A DNA stretch of 64,000 nt from assembly GCA_035292605.1 (NCBI GenBank), contig DATDPT010000069.1:56599-120598 (forward strand), read 5' to 3'. Positions within the stretch are counted from its first letter, which is position 1, and the number at the start of each line of letters is the position of its first letter. Under the pieces are notes generated by a model. That model was not told the DNA's origin and did not search any database. It was given only the letters and a program-made list of their open reading frames with translations. Origin of the DNA: Acidimicrobiia bacterium (lineage in GTDB: Bacteria; Actinomycetota; Acidimicrobiia; Spongiisociales; ZC4RG35). This document shows, in pieces, positions 9,001 to 18,918 of this stretch. The position numbers and the translations under genes were made by a program.

Positions 9001-9627
9001 TCAGGCCTGGTCACCGGTATCACCGAAGACCAGGTCGGTTCCCACGTACTCCCAATGCCACGGCTCGGCGCCCGGATGCCCGCAGCGGGCCCACTCGGGG
9101 TGAACCCATCCGAATCGAGGCGCGAATAGCTGAAGCCAAAGAAGCTCAGAAGAGGAGCAGCCCAGCAATCCCGAGGCACCCCAAATGTCGACGGCCAACC
9201 CCCAGCCATGCATGCTGGTCCCGGGCCGGGCGGTCGGCGGATACGGGTCGCCGTCGCAGTTACCGGGGATATAGCAACGACGGCTGTTCCAGGCTGCCGC
9301 CTGTGCCTCATAGGTGCGGTAGCACCAACCGCCCTCGATCACCACCCCGTCGCCACGCGCCGCCGCCTCCAGCGCCACCCATGCCAGGTCCGCTCCTCCT
9401 ACCTTGGCCACCTTGCACCGGTAGCCAGGACGCTCCGACACCACTGTCAGCGCCTCATCGGGAAGCCGGCCGTTCGCGTGGCCGGCCGCCTGGAGTTGGG
9501 CCACGAGCGCCGAGCTCGAGCCCGCCGGCGGAGCCGAGGCCATGGCCCCGAAGGCTCCGGCAACGAAGACGACCGGCGCCATCGTGGCCACGAGGAGAAC
9601 CGCCAGTCCACCAACGATCCGACCCAT
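9001..9627 (-). CDS. Secreted M15-family peptidase (VanY-like D,D-carboxypeptidase), cell-wall hydrolase
   Basis: Internal start with signal peptide MGRIVGGLAVLLVATMAPVVFVAGAFGAMASA. The M15 metal-binding block SMHGWGLAVD (SxHxxGxAxD) is present. Confidence 0.7.
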   Translation of the reverse strand: MGRIVGGLAVLLVATMAPVVFVAGAFGAMASAPPAGSSSALVAQLQAAGHANGRLPDEALTVVSERPGYRCKVAKVGGADLAWVALEAAARGDGVVIEGGWCYRTYEAQAAAWNSRRCYIPGNCDGDPYPPTARPGTSMHGWGLAVDIWGASGLLGCSSSELLWLQLFAPRFGWVHPEWARCGHPGAEPWHWEYVGTDLVFGDTGDQA

Positions 9628-9968
9628 CAGCCACCTCCCCCGGGCCCGCACCTGATCGAGTCGAGATCGAGGTCGTGCACCTCGGCCTGGAACCCATGTC
9701 GACGATGGATCACCAACCGGATGGCGAACACAGCCGACAGGCCCGCCTGCCACGACGCGCCCCGCTGAGCCAGCAAGTAGTCGAGACTTCGGTTGACACA
9801 CACGAAGCGCACCCGCTGGGACCACCACCCCAACTCACCCACCATCAGGCCGCTGCGGGTTCGCCGTGCGGCCGCCACCTGCGCGAGCGTCCAATCCAGC
9901 TCCGTCAGACCCGCCCTCGACAGGGCATCTCGGGCATCCTCGAGAAGCGACTGGAGGGTTCGGGTCAC
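9627..9968 (-). CDS. Hypothetical protein
   Basis: 113-aa ORF with ATGA-type overlaps with both neighbours. Confidence 0.4.
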   Translation of the reverse strand: MTRTLQSLLEDARDALSRAGLTELDWTLAQVAAARRTRSGLMVGELGWWSQRVRFVCVNRSLDYLLAQRGASWQAGLSAVFAIRLVIHRRHGFQAEVHDLDLDSIRCGPGGGG

Positions 9969-10693
9969 CTCTCCCGCCTCCGTTCCATGCGAGGGGCCAT
10001 ATATCCGGCGGCCGCCACACCGATCACGGTGATGACCACGACCCAGGCGCTCAACACCGGGAGCTTGATCCCGGTGGAAGGCTCGGCACCGGCGACAGCC
10101 ATCCCGCCGTCCATCGCACTCGGTTCCCGCTGGGTGGCGAGTGCGGTCGGAGCGGTCGTCGTGGTCGACTCGGTGACCGTTGGTGGAGCGGTCGCCGGCA
10201 TGTCAGCAGGAATGGGAGGCTGATCCGCCGTAACCACCGTCCACACCTGCCAACGACCGTCGTTGAAGATCAGGTCGAAATCCCAGGCGAAGACCTGAGG
10301 GGAAAACCCAACGCGGGCAGCCTCCACCTTCGCCCACACCGTCGCCGTGGTCGAGTGGAGCCTACGAACACGGAGTTCGTGGACCTCCAGCCGGAAGGGC
10401 TCGGCACCAGCAGTGCCCTCCCACGCGACGGACTCTGTCTCAAACTGTCGCCATTGGGGGCTGTTCAATGCGAAGGAAGCGGCGAGCGCGGCCAAGTCCC
10501 CCGTCGTCGCGAACTGTGACCACTCGTCGAGCGCCTGGTGAACCAGTTGAGCCAGAGGATCTGGGACATCCTCGGATGCCGAGGCCGGGGTGCTCGTTGC
10601 CAACAGCAGAGCGGCCCCAGCCGCGAGGCCTGTGACGTACCGTAGGAGCCGTAACCGCGTGGTACTCCTGTGTAAGCTAGGGTTCCTCTGCAT
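9965..10693 (-). CDS. Secreted, C-terminally membrane-anchored protein
   Basis: Signal-peptide-like N-terminus (LAAGAALLLATSTPASASE), Thr/Pro-rich linker, and a C-terminal TM helix followed by RMERRRER. Confidence 0.5.
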   Translation of the reverse strand: MQRNPSLHRSTTRLRLLRYVTGLAAGAALLLATSTPASASEDVPDPLAQLVHQALDEWSQFATTGDLAALAASFALNSPQWRQFETESVAWEGTAGAEPFRLEVHELRVRRLHSTTATVWAKVEAARVGFSPQVFAWDFDLIFNDGRWQVWTVVTADQPPIPADMPATAPPTVTESTTTTAPTALATQREPSAMDGGMAVAGAEPSTGIKLPVLSAWVVVITVIGVAAAGYMAPRMERRRER

Positions 10694-10870
10694 TACTGGC
10701 TATTATATCATTATCTGTCGACTCTCTGCAACCGGCATGGCTACGTAACGTGGAGGACCTATCAAAGGCCCGACGTGATGCACTGGCGGCTCGAGGCGCC
10801 ACCACGAGAACCGACTGGATGTGCGCATCGCGCCGATGTTCCAGACGTCGCCGGCTCCCCTCCAACGTGA
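10694..10870. promoter_or_regulatory. AT-richer divergent intergenic region (putative promoters)
   Basis: Local GC drop (ctattatatcattatctgtcgact) between diverging minus- and plus-strand genes. Confidence 0.3.
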
Positions 10871-11446
10871 ATGCCAGGCAACCCCTCACAATCCTCGACG
10901 TACGATCAACCCGTGATCGGTGACGCCAATACCGCCACTCTGCCGAAAGACCACTGGGCAGCCTTGAAGACTTCCGTCGACGGGCTCATTGACGAGTTCA
11001 GCGAGGACATCGCGGGGCTGCTGCTCGACGAGGTCGCCTTCGAGCACACCTTCATGAGCAGCTACGTGCCGCCCCAGTTCACGTCGCGTTACACGGCCTT
11101 GTTCGCCAAGAAGATGCTCGTATGCTTGGTGACCGTGGGATGGAAGCTCGAACATCCCGGTCAGTGGCCACTGGCGTGTACCGGCGAGCAGCTCGCGCTG
11201 CGAGCCCTCATCGAGCGTGCCGAATCCCAGATGGAGCTAGACGGGCAAGCCTTTGACTTTGGCGACTTCGTGGAGCTGGCCTTCCAAGACACGGACCTCG
11301 ACATGCTCTTCGACCCGGCATGGGACGGCATCGAAGACTCGGACATCGCAGACCACCTCGGAGCCCGCCACCTGCATCCCGACCGATGGTTCGAACCCTT
11401 CTACGAGGGCATCCCAGTCCCCCCCTACGGGTCCGAAGGGACCTGA
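10871..11446 (+). CDS. Acidic hypothetical protein
   Basis: 191-aa Asp/Glu-rich ORF with no motif. Confidence 0.45.
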   Translation: MPGNPSQSSTYDQPVIGDANTATLPKDHWAALKTSVDGLIDEFSEDIAGLLLDEVAFEHTFMSSYVPPQFTSRYTALFAKKMLVCLVTVGWKLEHPGQWPLACTGEQLALRALIERAESQMELDGQAFDFGDFVELAFQDTDLDMLFDPAWDGIEDSDIADHLGARHLHPDRWFEPFYEGIPVPPYGSEGT

Positions 11447-11689
11447 GCGTCCTACCACCTGGTACTGATCCGAGCACCAATCGCGTAGGCGGTTCAGCGA
11501 TATGTCAGGGCAGCGCCGATTGCCGGTTAGGCAGCGGGTCCGAAGCGGTCGAATGAGTGGCTGAACCACATGTTATGTGCGGGGGTGCTAAGCGTGAGAA
11601 CGTTGAATCGGGGATTCCGGCTTCAGGAAGGCCACCCCAACGGGATTCCCCGCCGCTCGGGTCGAAGGGACCAGAGCCCCTGAGGACCG

Positions 11690-12196
11690 TTAGCGGCGTG
11701 CGAACTTCTCCAGTGGCTCAATAATTGCGTCGGCCGTTGCGTTGAGCCAGCGACCGAACTCTCTCCACTCGAACCCCTCGTCCAGGAACTCGAACGGATT
11801 AGCGCCTCGGTACTCGCCTTGCCGTAAGTGAGAGATGTAGCTCCCGGACAGCAGCGCACCGGCCGCCGTCATGAGGTCGTGGGCGGGGTCCTCGATCTTC
11901 GCTCTGAGTTTGGGGCGGAGTCGGCCGATGAGGATCGGTTGATCCAGCCTTAGGCGTCGCTCTGTCTCGACCCACTCGTCTTGGGTCGAGTCGTCGGGTT
12001 TGCCCCCGCCCCCGAGGTTGCGTTGCCAGGCTCTTGCAAGGTCGGATGCGAGACGTCCGGCGTCCTGTGCCCAGCGGACAACATCTCGGGCTTCGTCTTG
12101 TCGACGGTGTCGCTTGCCTTGGCTGAGACGTCGCCATCCCATCCCGACTGCGACGAGTGCGATGCCGATGCTCAAGTACGGGAGTACGTTGCTCAT
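11690..12196 (-). CDS. Membrane-anchored hypothetical protein (third gene of the HEPN operon)
   Basis: N-terminal TM helix (LPYLSIGIALVAVGMGW); ATGA overlap with the upstream gene. Confidence 0.5.
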   Translation of the reverse strand: MSNVLPYLSIGIALVAVGMGWRRLSQGKRHRRQDEARDVVRWAQDAGRLASDLARAWQRNLGGGGKPDDSTQDEWVETERRLRLDQPILIGRLRPKLRAKIEDPAHDLMTAAGALLSGSYISHLRQGEYRGANPFEFLDEGFEWREFGRWLNATADAIIEPLEKFARR

Positions 12197-13254
12197 GACT
12201 CGCTGTGGAAGCGCTCAAGCTGTTCGTCTCGTTCTCGGAGGCCGAGCGCAACCGCAAAGGGGTAGTTCATGTAGGTGGTTGCCCATTCGTGGCCCCGGTA
12301 GTAGTCCAGGAGCCGGAGGATGTCGCTGACGGCTTGGAGGGTCTCGTCGACGAATTCGGTGGTCGTCTCGATCCCGGTGTGCGTGACAAGGTTTCGGTTC
12401 GCGACCGCTTTCTTCACAACTGCGAGTGTCTCGTTGGGAGGCGGCATTACGTTCCCGGATGGGAGCGGGTTCTTCACGGGGAGTTTCGGCAGGTACTCGC
12501 GGAGCATCCTCTCGATCGGTGGAGACGGCGCATTCATCGCCAGCCACTCGGCGTCGGGTACCAGATCGACGACGAAGCTTTTGAAGCCGACTTCGAGGGC
12601 GACAACCGCGACGATTAGCGCGCCGCGGCGATTTGACGCCGAGAGTTCCGAGGCCTCGGCGAGTAACTCGAAGCCCAAGGGCTCCGAGGATTCGGAGTCG
12701 ACCATCGGCTGGACATACCGCTTGAAGTAGTCATCGTCGAATCGGACATGCGCCGTGGCCCAAGTCCGCCCCGAACCATGCGACGGGATGGTGTGCCAGT
12801 TCTCGCCGTCGAACGAGAATTGGAACCCGCGGGTAGAGAAGCCTCTGCGGCTGGGTGGGTAGGTATCCGTTCGCCAGCGGTAGATGTTTGCAACCGCACG
12901 GGCTGCGGTCGACATCTCGTCTCTCAGCATCTCGGCATACGAACGGAAGTATTCCGGCAGCACACTGGGAGACGGGATTCGGTTGTCGAGATACTCACCG
13001 GGCTCGACTCGCGCGTCGAGGGTTTCATAGGGCTCCGCGTCGTTCGGAAGCACGTCGGCAGCTAGGTTCTTGAATACCTGGAGGACTCGGTCATTCGATT
13101 CGAACTCTGTTGTGGCGATGAGTACGAGGGTGTCTTTGGTGTCCTCCGATGCGCTTGCGTGAACGGCGATGTTTCGGGGCCCGCCGAATTCGATTGTGGC
13201 CTCGCCTTCCCCGGTAGGGGTGTTGTGCACGTTCAGGTGATACCGGGCGAACAT
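12193..13254 (-). CDS. HEPN-motif protein (putative RNase/abortive-infection component)
   Basis: C-terminal AVANRNLVTHTG matches the Rx4H HEPN signature, in a helical C-terminal region. Confidence 0.55.
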   Translation of the reverse strand: MFARYHLNVHNTPTGEGEATIEFGGPRNIAVHASASEDTKDTLVLIATTEFESNDRVLQVFKNLAADVLPNDAEPYETLDARVEPGEYLDNRIPSPSVLPEYFRSYAEMLRDEMSTAARAVANIYRWRTDTYPPSRRGFSTRGFQFSFDGENWHTIPSHGSGRTWATAHVRFDDDYFKRYVQPMVDSESSEPLGFELLAEASELSASNRRGALIVAVVALEVGFKSFVVDLVPDAEWLAMNAPSPPIERMLREYLPKLPVKNPLPSGNVMPPPNETLAVVKKAVANRNLVTHTGIETTTEFVDETLQAVSDILRLLDYYRGHEWATTYMNYPFAVALGLRERDEQLERFHSES

Positions 13255-13256
13255 GG

Positions 13257-14063
13257 CTATTCGGCGGCAGGCATAAGGGGGCTTAGGAGGTCCGCGATTT
13301 GGGCCTCGGTCTCACTGGAGGCCGCCTGCCACGACTCGATGTTCCGACCTAGGCGCTCGACGATGACGTCGCCCGAGAGTTGAAGAAGGGCGAGCGCTGC
13401 GCCGAGTCGGCGGGCCCTGTCTTTCGGTTGGTTTGGTCCCCCGAGGTCGAAGTGCTCCTCGGTGTTGCTGCGCACGACGGTGCCGAGCGTGACGGCGGAG
13501 CCGTGAGCGGGGTCGCTCTCCCAGCGGAAGAGACCGTGGAGGTCTTCTCGCCCGAGGTCTTCCCACATCTTCTTGGCGTTGGGGAGACCACCGACCTTTC
13601 GGCCCAACTTCGCTTCTTGGTCGGCGATGAGCTTCTCTTGGTTGGCGAGTTGTTCCCACTCGTGCGGCAGTACCTGCCGACCAGTGCTCCCCTGGTATTC
13701 GTACTTGGATCGCGTCTGTTGGATGCCGTCCTTCCAGAAGATCACGGCCTGCTCGAATTGTCGCTCGGCGTCATCAGGTGCGTCGAGCCAAAGGATGATG
13801 CGGGTCAGCTCCGCAAGCCCCCGGACGAGCTGGCCCGCCTGCTCGGCGTAGAACGGCAGCGCCACAAGGAGAGCGACGCCGTAAACCTGCCTGACTACGA
13901 AGACGGCCTGTCGTGCGAGGAGCTGCTGGGTCGGTGTGTCGGCCGCGATCTTCTCGTTGGCCAACAGCTCGGCAAGGTGGTCGGCGAGACCCTTCAGTGC
14001 ATCGCAAGCGGCAACGATCCTCTCGTCTTCCGTCTTGCTGATCGATGCTCCCTCGCTCTTCAC
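13257..14063 (-). CDS. Hypothetical protein (first gene of the HEPN operon)
   Basis: 268 aa, tightly packed with the downstream gene; no motif. Confidence 0.5.
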   Translation of the reverse strand: MKSEGASISKTEDERIVAACDALKGLADHLAELLANEKIAADTPTQQLLARQAVFVVRQVYGVALLVALPFYAEQAGQLVRGLAELTRIILWLDAPDDAERQFEQAVIFWKDGIQQTRSKYEYQGSTGRQVLPHEWEQLANQEKLIADQEAKLGRKVGGLPNAKKMWEDLGREDLHGLFRWESDPAHGSAVTLGTVVRSNTEEHFDLGGPNQPKDRARRLGAALALLQLSGDVIVERLGRNIESWQAASSETEAQIADLLSPLMPAAE

Positions 14064-14372
14064 AGCGTGATGTTACGAACCCGGCGTTCAGGCGGGCGCC
14101 TGGTCGCTCCTCAATCGGCATAGCCAATCAACAGAATCCCCGAGCCGAGCGGACGGCGATTCTCGATATCGATCCTGTCCACCAAGGTGATTCGTCGGAT
14201 CGGGGTCTGGCGCCGACGACGTCATGAACGCTGCGAGAACGCTCGTGCGGTGATCTGCTCGGTCGGAGCCGTTGGTCCCGGCGACCCATGGTCACGACGC
14301 GGGCCGAGATCTCGCTCGATATCGCCCGCATCCACCTGTGCTCCACACCGGCACTATTGAGCGGGCGGGGGC

Positions 14373-15491
14373 ATGCTGATGGCGTCACCCGCATACCGAG
14401 TGACCGAAGACCAAGTACCTTCGGAGACCAAAGGTGGCTTGCGAGTGAGCTCTATGAAATGGTCTTTGACGAAAGAAGGGGAAGTCGTCCCAATTGCAGT
14501 CCGGATCGATCTTCCGTTCTGCCTGTACCTGGAGAACGGTACGTATGTAGTCGACGTTGATGGCATGCCAATCCAGATCGACACCGAGAAGATCTGGCGA
14601 AACTCGGAAGGGTCCTCCGATGATGACGCTGTTGCTGATCAGCAAACCTTCTTTACCGAGGCACACCTGATCGGTGGGCCCATAGGCGGCGACCCCGCGC
14701 AAGCGGCACATCTCGTTGCCAAGAACATGGAGTTCGCTGGGGACCGGACCGGCTATTTCCGTTACACACGGATGGCCATCGGCCTGACCTATCCGGCCGA
14801 CACTAAACCGCATGAACGGGGTGCTCGTATCGCACAAATGGCCGTGGATTCGGCGAACACGCTCATCGACAGCTACCGCTATGCAAGCGGTCGGGCGTAC
14901 GTTCCCCGCGTGCGTGTGGCAGACCTTCGGTTTATGGAGATCCAATATCCCCTGACGGGTGAGGTTGAGTTTGTTGGATTGTTCACCAAAGGGCTCAGGG
15001 TTGCCGTCGTTAACGATTCAAAGAGCGTCCACGCCGAGGTTCGTAGCATGGCCGAGGCTGGGGAAACCGTGCCGATTCATGCGGATCTCCTCCTTGCCGC
15101 AATCAGGGCACTGTGGGAGACCGACTTCCGCTTGGCAGCGATTGAGGCGTTCGCTGCCCTAGAAGTCTTCGTCGACAACCGGCTCTACACACTGCTATTC
15201 GACTCGGGTGCCATGAATGAGACCGAGTTCGATGACTTCATATACGAGGAAGGTCAAAACCTCGCTAAGAAAATGAAGAAGCCTCTTCGCCGAGCAGGCG
15301 TGCCGAGCCCAGCCGACAACACAGCACTATGGGAGGCATGGATAGCTGCCAACAAACTCCGGAACAGGGTCGTACACACGGGTTATCAACTGTCAGAAGA
15401 AGAAGCAAGGTCGATCGTTAGAACTGTCCAGCAGCTACTGGAGGAGATGGGTGACGAAGGTATGCACCTGGCCGAGGAGATGCCCGCGTAG
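14373..15491 (+). CDS. HEPN-motif protein, divergent paralogue-like partner
   Basis: C-terminal ANKLRNRVVHTGY is the same RNxVxHTG motif as the 12193..13254 product. Confidence 0.55.
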   Translation: MLMASPAYRVTEDQVPSETKGGLRVSSMKWSLTKEGEVVPIAVRIDLPFCLYLENGTYVVDVDGMPIQIDTEKIWRNSEGSSDDDAVADQQTFFTEAHLIGGPIGGDPAQAAHLVAKNMEFAGDRTGYFRYTRMAIGLTYPADTKPHERGARIAQMAVDSANTLIDSYRYASGRAYVPRVRVADLRFMEIQYPLTGEVEFVGLFTKGLRVAVVNDSKSVHAEVRSMAEAGETVPIHADLLLAAIRALWETDFRLAAIEAFAALEVFVDNRLYTLLFDSGAMNETEFDDFIYEEGQNLAKKMKKPLRRAGVPSPADNTALWEAWIAANKLRNRVVHTGYQLSEEEARSIVRTVQQLLEEMGDEGMHLAEEMPA

Positions 15492-16054
15492 TCAGACCGC
15501 AACGGCAGGCGTTCTCTCCACGTTCGGTCACCGTTGGGTCACAAGCCCGGGGAGCGCCTGAACCCACCACTCATCCAGAAAACGGACCTAGACCAAGTCG
15601 AGGAAACCTCAGGCTCTGAGGTTGCCACCGCTGCAAGCGCGTGCGCTGGACCCACCGGGGAGATCGCCTTCTTCAACGTCGGATCCGAAGTCACCGTCAC
15701 ATCCAACTAGCGCCGATCAACTGGTCTGCTTCGAAACCGCTCACATCTGAAACCGCTCGAGAACGCAGCACTTAGTGTGTTGGCATGGCCTCCTCGCTCG
15801 ACATTGATGACACCGCCGAGTCTTACCCGGCGCCAAGAGCAGGGAGGCCCCCCGCTCTTCATGGCATCACTGATGAATAGCCACCAGGTGGCTCGAAACG
15901 GGCTGGTTTGGGATCTCGTGTCAACAGGCGCAATGGCTCGCTTCCTGTCGGCCGGCGCGTGGTGTGGCTGGCCTCCTGGGAAAAGACACCGGGAAACCGC
16001 TCTCTCCCTTTGGCCGAGAGGATCGGAGGCTCGATTCATGACGCCCTTAGGCTG

Positions 16055-17107
16055 CTAGGTGTCGGTAAGAGCGACAGCCTGCAGAGAACTAACGGACGGA
16101 CCGTCACCGCCTATGCGTTCCGCCGCGTCTTGAACTGCCCGCACAATGTTGTGGTATCCGGTGCAGCCACAGAGGTTGCCTGCTAGGCCCTCCCGGATTT
16201 CGGCTTCGCTGGGAGACGGGTTGTCCATCAGAAGACCAACGGCTTGTAGGATCATGCCAGGAGTGCAGAAACCGCATTGGACCGCATGCATTCGCCAGAA
16301 GCTGTCTTGGACCGGGTGGAAACCTCCGGAGGGCGCTAGGCCCTCGATTGTTGTGATCACGCAGTCCTGGGCCTGTACCGTCAACATCATGCACGCCTTG
16401 ACGGGGTGGTCGTCCAGGAGCACCGTGCAGGCGCCGCAGTAACCGCTTTCGCAGCCGATGTGTGATCCTGTCAGGCCGAGGTCTTCCCTCAGGAAGTGGA
16501 TGAGGAGCAGGCGAGCCTCGACCTCGCGTTCGACCCGTTGCCCGTTGACTGTCATGGAGACCACATGCCTCCGCGAGGGGTCCTGTCCAGTGTGAGGAGT
16601 CCTGGGCGGTCCGAGAATCGCCAGCACCTCTTGGCCCAATGGAGTGATCTCCCATCCATTGACACGCCCGTATCGGGTCTTCGAAACGACACCGACATCC
16701 AAAAGCTGCCTACCCGCTCGGCTAACTGCGCTCTCGTCGTTGAGCCCAAGCCTTCGACCGACCTCGGTGTTGGAGATCCCAGGTCCGTGCGCCACCACGG
16801 ACAGGAAGCGATGCTTGTAGGTGTTCGGCTCCAACCGTGCAGCCAAGGACGTCCCTCGCATGCGGTCCTCGTAGGCACGGACCATTTCGGCAAGTGCCCG
16901 CGCATGAGAGGACGCGACCCCGCTGGACCGCGCCGCAATGGATGCGAGGCGATCGCTAAGTTGCTCAGGAGGATTGAACGAGCCGAGGAGAACGGCGATG
17001 AGAGCCTCTGCGAGAGCACGGAGCCGCCCAGCTCCAATATCGAGGTCTTCCTCGCTCATGTCTAAGAGGCGATGCAGTCGTTCTAGGGCAGCGTCCACGT
17101 CCTTCAT
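16055..17107 (-). CDS. Fusion protein: winged-HTH (MarR-like) domain plus CoxS/XdhC-type [2Fe-2S]-binding domain
   Basis: The C-terminal ~150 aa carry both CoxS cysteine clusters (GCESGYCGACTV and CGFCTPG...CGCTGY). The N-terminal ~190 aa contain a winged-helix segment (NTEVGRRLGLNDESAVSRAGRQLLDVGVV). Confidence 0.7.
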   Translation of the reverse strand: MKDVDAALERLHRLLDMSEEDLDIGAGRLRALAEALIAVLLGSFNPPEQLSDRLASIAARSSGVASSHARALAEMVRAYEDRMRGTSLAARLEPNTYKHRFLSVVAHGPGISNTEVGRRLGLNDESAVSRAGRQLLDVGVVSKTRYGRVNGWEITPLGQEVLAILGPPRTPHTGQDPSRRHVVSMTVNGQRVEREVEARLLLIHFLREDLGLTGSHIGCESGYCGACTVLLDDHPVKACMMLTVQAQDCVITTIEGLAPSGGFHPVQDSFWRMHAVQCGFCTPGMILQAVGLLMDNPSPSEAEIREGLAGNLCGCTGYHNIVRAVQDAAERIGGDGPSVSSLQAVALTDT

Positions 17108-17155
17108 TGTTTGTCACCCGGCTCGTCAGGTCCACTCTAGGAAAGTGTCAAGTAA

Positions 17156-18538
17156 ATGACAAGTGATTTCCGTCAAGATCCTGGCGACGCGTTCTGTCAA
17201 CTGTGGGACCACCATCAGCGTTCCTGGACCATCGGCAAGATCGAAGAGTGGACGGCGTCACCGAGATTCAAGGAAATGGAGGACGAACTTGCGAACGCCA
17301 TCATCACGCAGGGGTCCATCCCAGATGCAGCGATCAGAGAGATTGGTGAGGATGCATACCATGCATTCCTGCTCGCCGCTGCAATCAATCGCGCCCTGTA
17401 CGCGATCCATCCCCGGTATAGGCGCCGAGACATTTCTACACGTTTGGACTGGCTGAGAGACCGATACCATCAATCCGGGCGCCTAAACTCAGACGAGGTG
17501 GAAGGTGCCCTGCTCTTCCGTCTTGTTCAAACGGATCGCGTCGGGCCCGGCAGAGCAGATTGGATCGCAGACTGGTTCACGAACCTCCGGCGCCTCTCGG
17601 ACGAGCAGTGGGAGGATCTCGACCTCGTCTCACTTCTAATCGACCGCGACTTCGTCAGGGACGTGAGAGAGCGCAATAGGAAGTTGCGCGTCGGATGTCT
17701 CGCCTTGGTCGAAGACCTTGACGCTTTCGATATCACCGTGCGCGACACATTCAACTTAGCAACCGAACAGAAAGCGCTCAGATATCGAATCGGGCTCAAG
17801 GCCGGAGCCATCACCAAGGACCTCATTATGAAGGCAGTTCATGCTCTCGATGCCGCATTAGTCGACATCGCTCTCCTACCAGAGTCCACTCTCGATGATC
17901 GAGTGTGCCAATTGTGGATCGACGTAGTCCGCACCCACAGACCAGATCCGGGCAACCCGCTTCGCTGGATCGTTGCCGGTACCGGTCACATGGCTGATGG
18001 TCTCCGGCGCCGCAATACAGCAGTTGTCATTCATCGGCAAAGTGGCATAGAGCTGGCCAGACAGGACAAGACCGCGCGCTACACCATTCCACAGGGCACC
18101 GCCACTAAGTGGGGTATGGACACGCTGACTGGCGCAGACGAGTACTGGGAGGACATCGAACCAGGGACCACCGTCGTGGGCCTGGAGTCAGAAGCCGGCC
18201 GAATCGCCGTCGTGATTTGCGAGAGCTTGAGTCGCCCTGTACCAGAAACCGACAGGCTTCATCGACTGGGCGTAACGCACATTCTCGTACCCGTCCTCGA
18301 TCGTGAGCTCGGCGATGATCGTTGGGAGGTCCACTATTCCCGCGAAAGAGTTCGTGACATAGGCTGCTCGATCGTCATTGCCAACAGTCTCGCCATAGCT
18401 CGGCGCCGCCAAGCGCGACTCATCGAAGGCGCCCCACCACCTGGGTCCATCGTATGCAGCATGTCGCGAACCAGCACCTCGAGCTACCAGTTGAAGACCG
18501 CTGAGGGATGTCTCGACGTCCAGATCCACGAGGTGTAG
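17156..18538 (+). CDS. Hypothetical protein
   Basis: 460-aa ORF in a moderately lower-GC stretch; no recognisable motif. Confidence 0.4.
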   Translation: MTSDFRQDPGDAFCQLWDHHQRSWTIGKIEEWTASPRFKEMEDELANAIITQGSIPDAAIREIGEDAYHAFLLAAAINRALYAIHPRYRRRDISTRLDWLRDRYHQSGRLNSDEVEGALLFRLVQTDRVGPGRADWIADWFTNLRRLSDEQWEDLDLVSLLIDRDFVRDVRERNRKLRVGCLALVEDLDAFDITVRDTFNLATEQKALRYRIGLKAGAITKDLIMKAVHALDAALVDIALLPESTLDDRVCQLWIDVVRTHRPDPGNPLRWIVAGTGHMADGLRRRNTAVVIHRQSGIELARQDKTARYTIPQGTATKWGMDTLTGADEYWEDIEPGTTVVGLESEAGRIAVVICESLSRPVPETDRLHRLGVTHILVPVLDRELGDDRWEVHYSRERVRDIGCSIVIANSLAIARRRQARLIEGAPPPGSIVCSMSRTSTSSYQLKTAEGCLDVQIHEV

Positions 18539-18918
18539 GACCGTCCCGATGATCAACGCGCCCTGACGTGACCTCAGACTCCCCATCACCTGGTCCGGAG
18601 CGATCACACGCCATTCCCTACACCGAAGAACGGCACCTCGGTGCCATCGCATCTTGGCCGTGGTCAGTTCGGTGCAGATAAAGCGGAACCGGCACGAGAA
18701 ATGGCGCGACGCATTGACGCTGCCGACTCGCGTGTAGCGATGGACGAGGCACGGCTCCGGATGTCACAAGCCAGCGTTGCGAGATTGCTCATCAGACGCT
18801 CAGCGCTTTAGGAACAGAAGTCATGCTCCCCGGATTATCACCGAGGGGTGCGACGAGAAACGGCGCAGGTGACCGCAGAGGGCATCTCGGCGGCAAGGCA
18901 GCACGCTGAGAGCGCGGG

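Noticed and set aside
8913-10223. 436-aa plus-strand ORF
   Set aside because: Antisense across the pilin-like, M15 peptidase and secreted-protein genes; Pro/Arg-rich, no domain.
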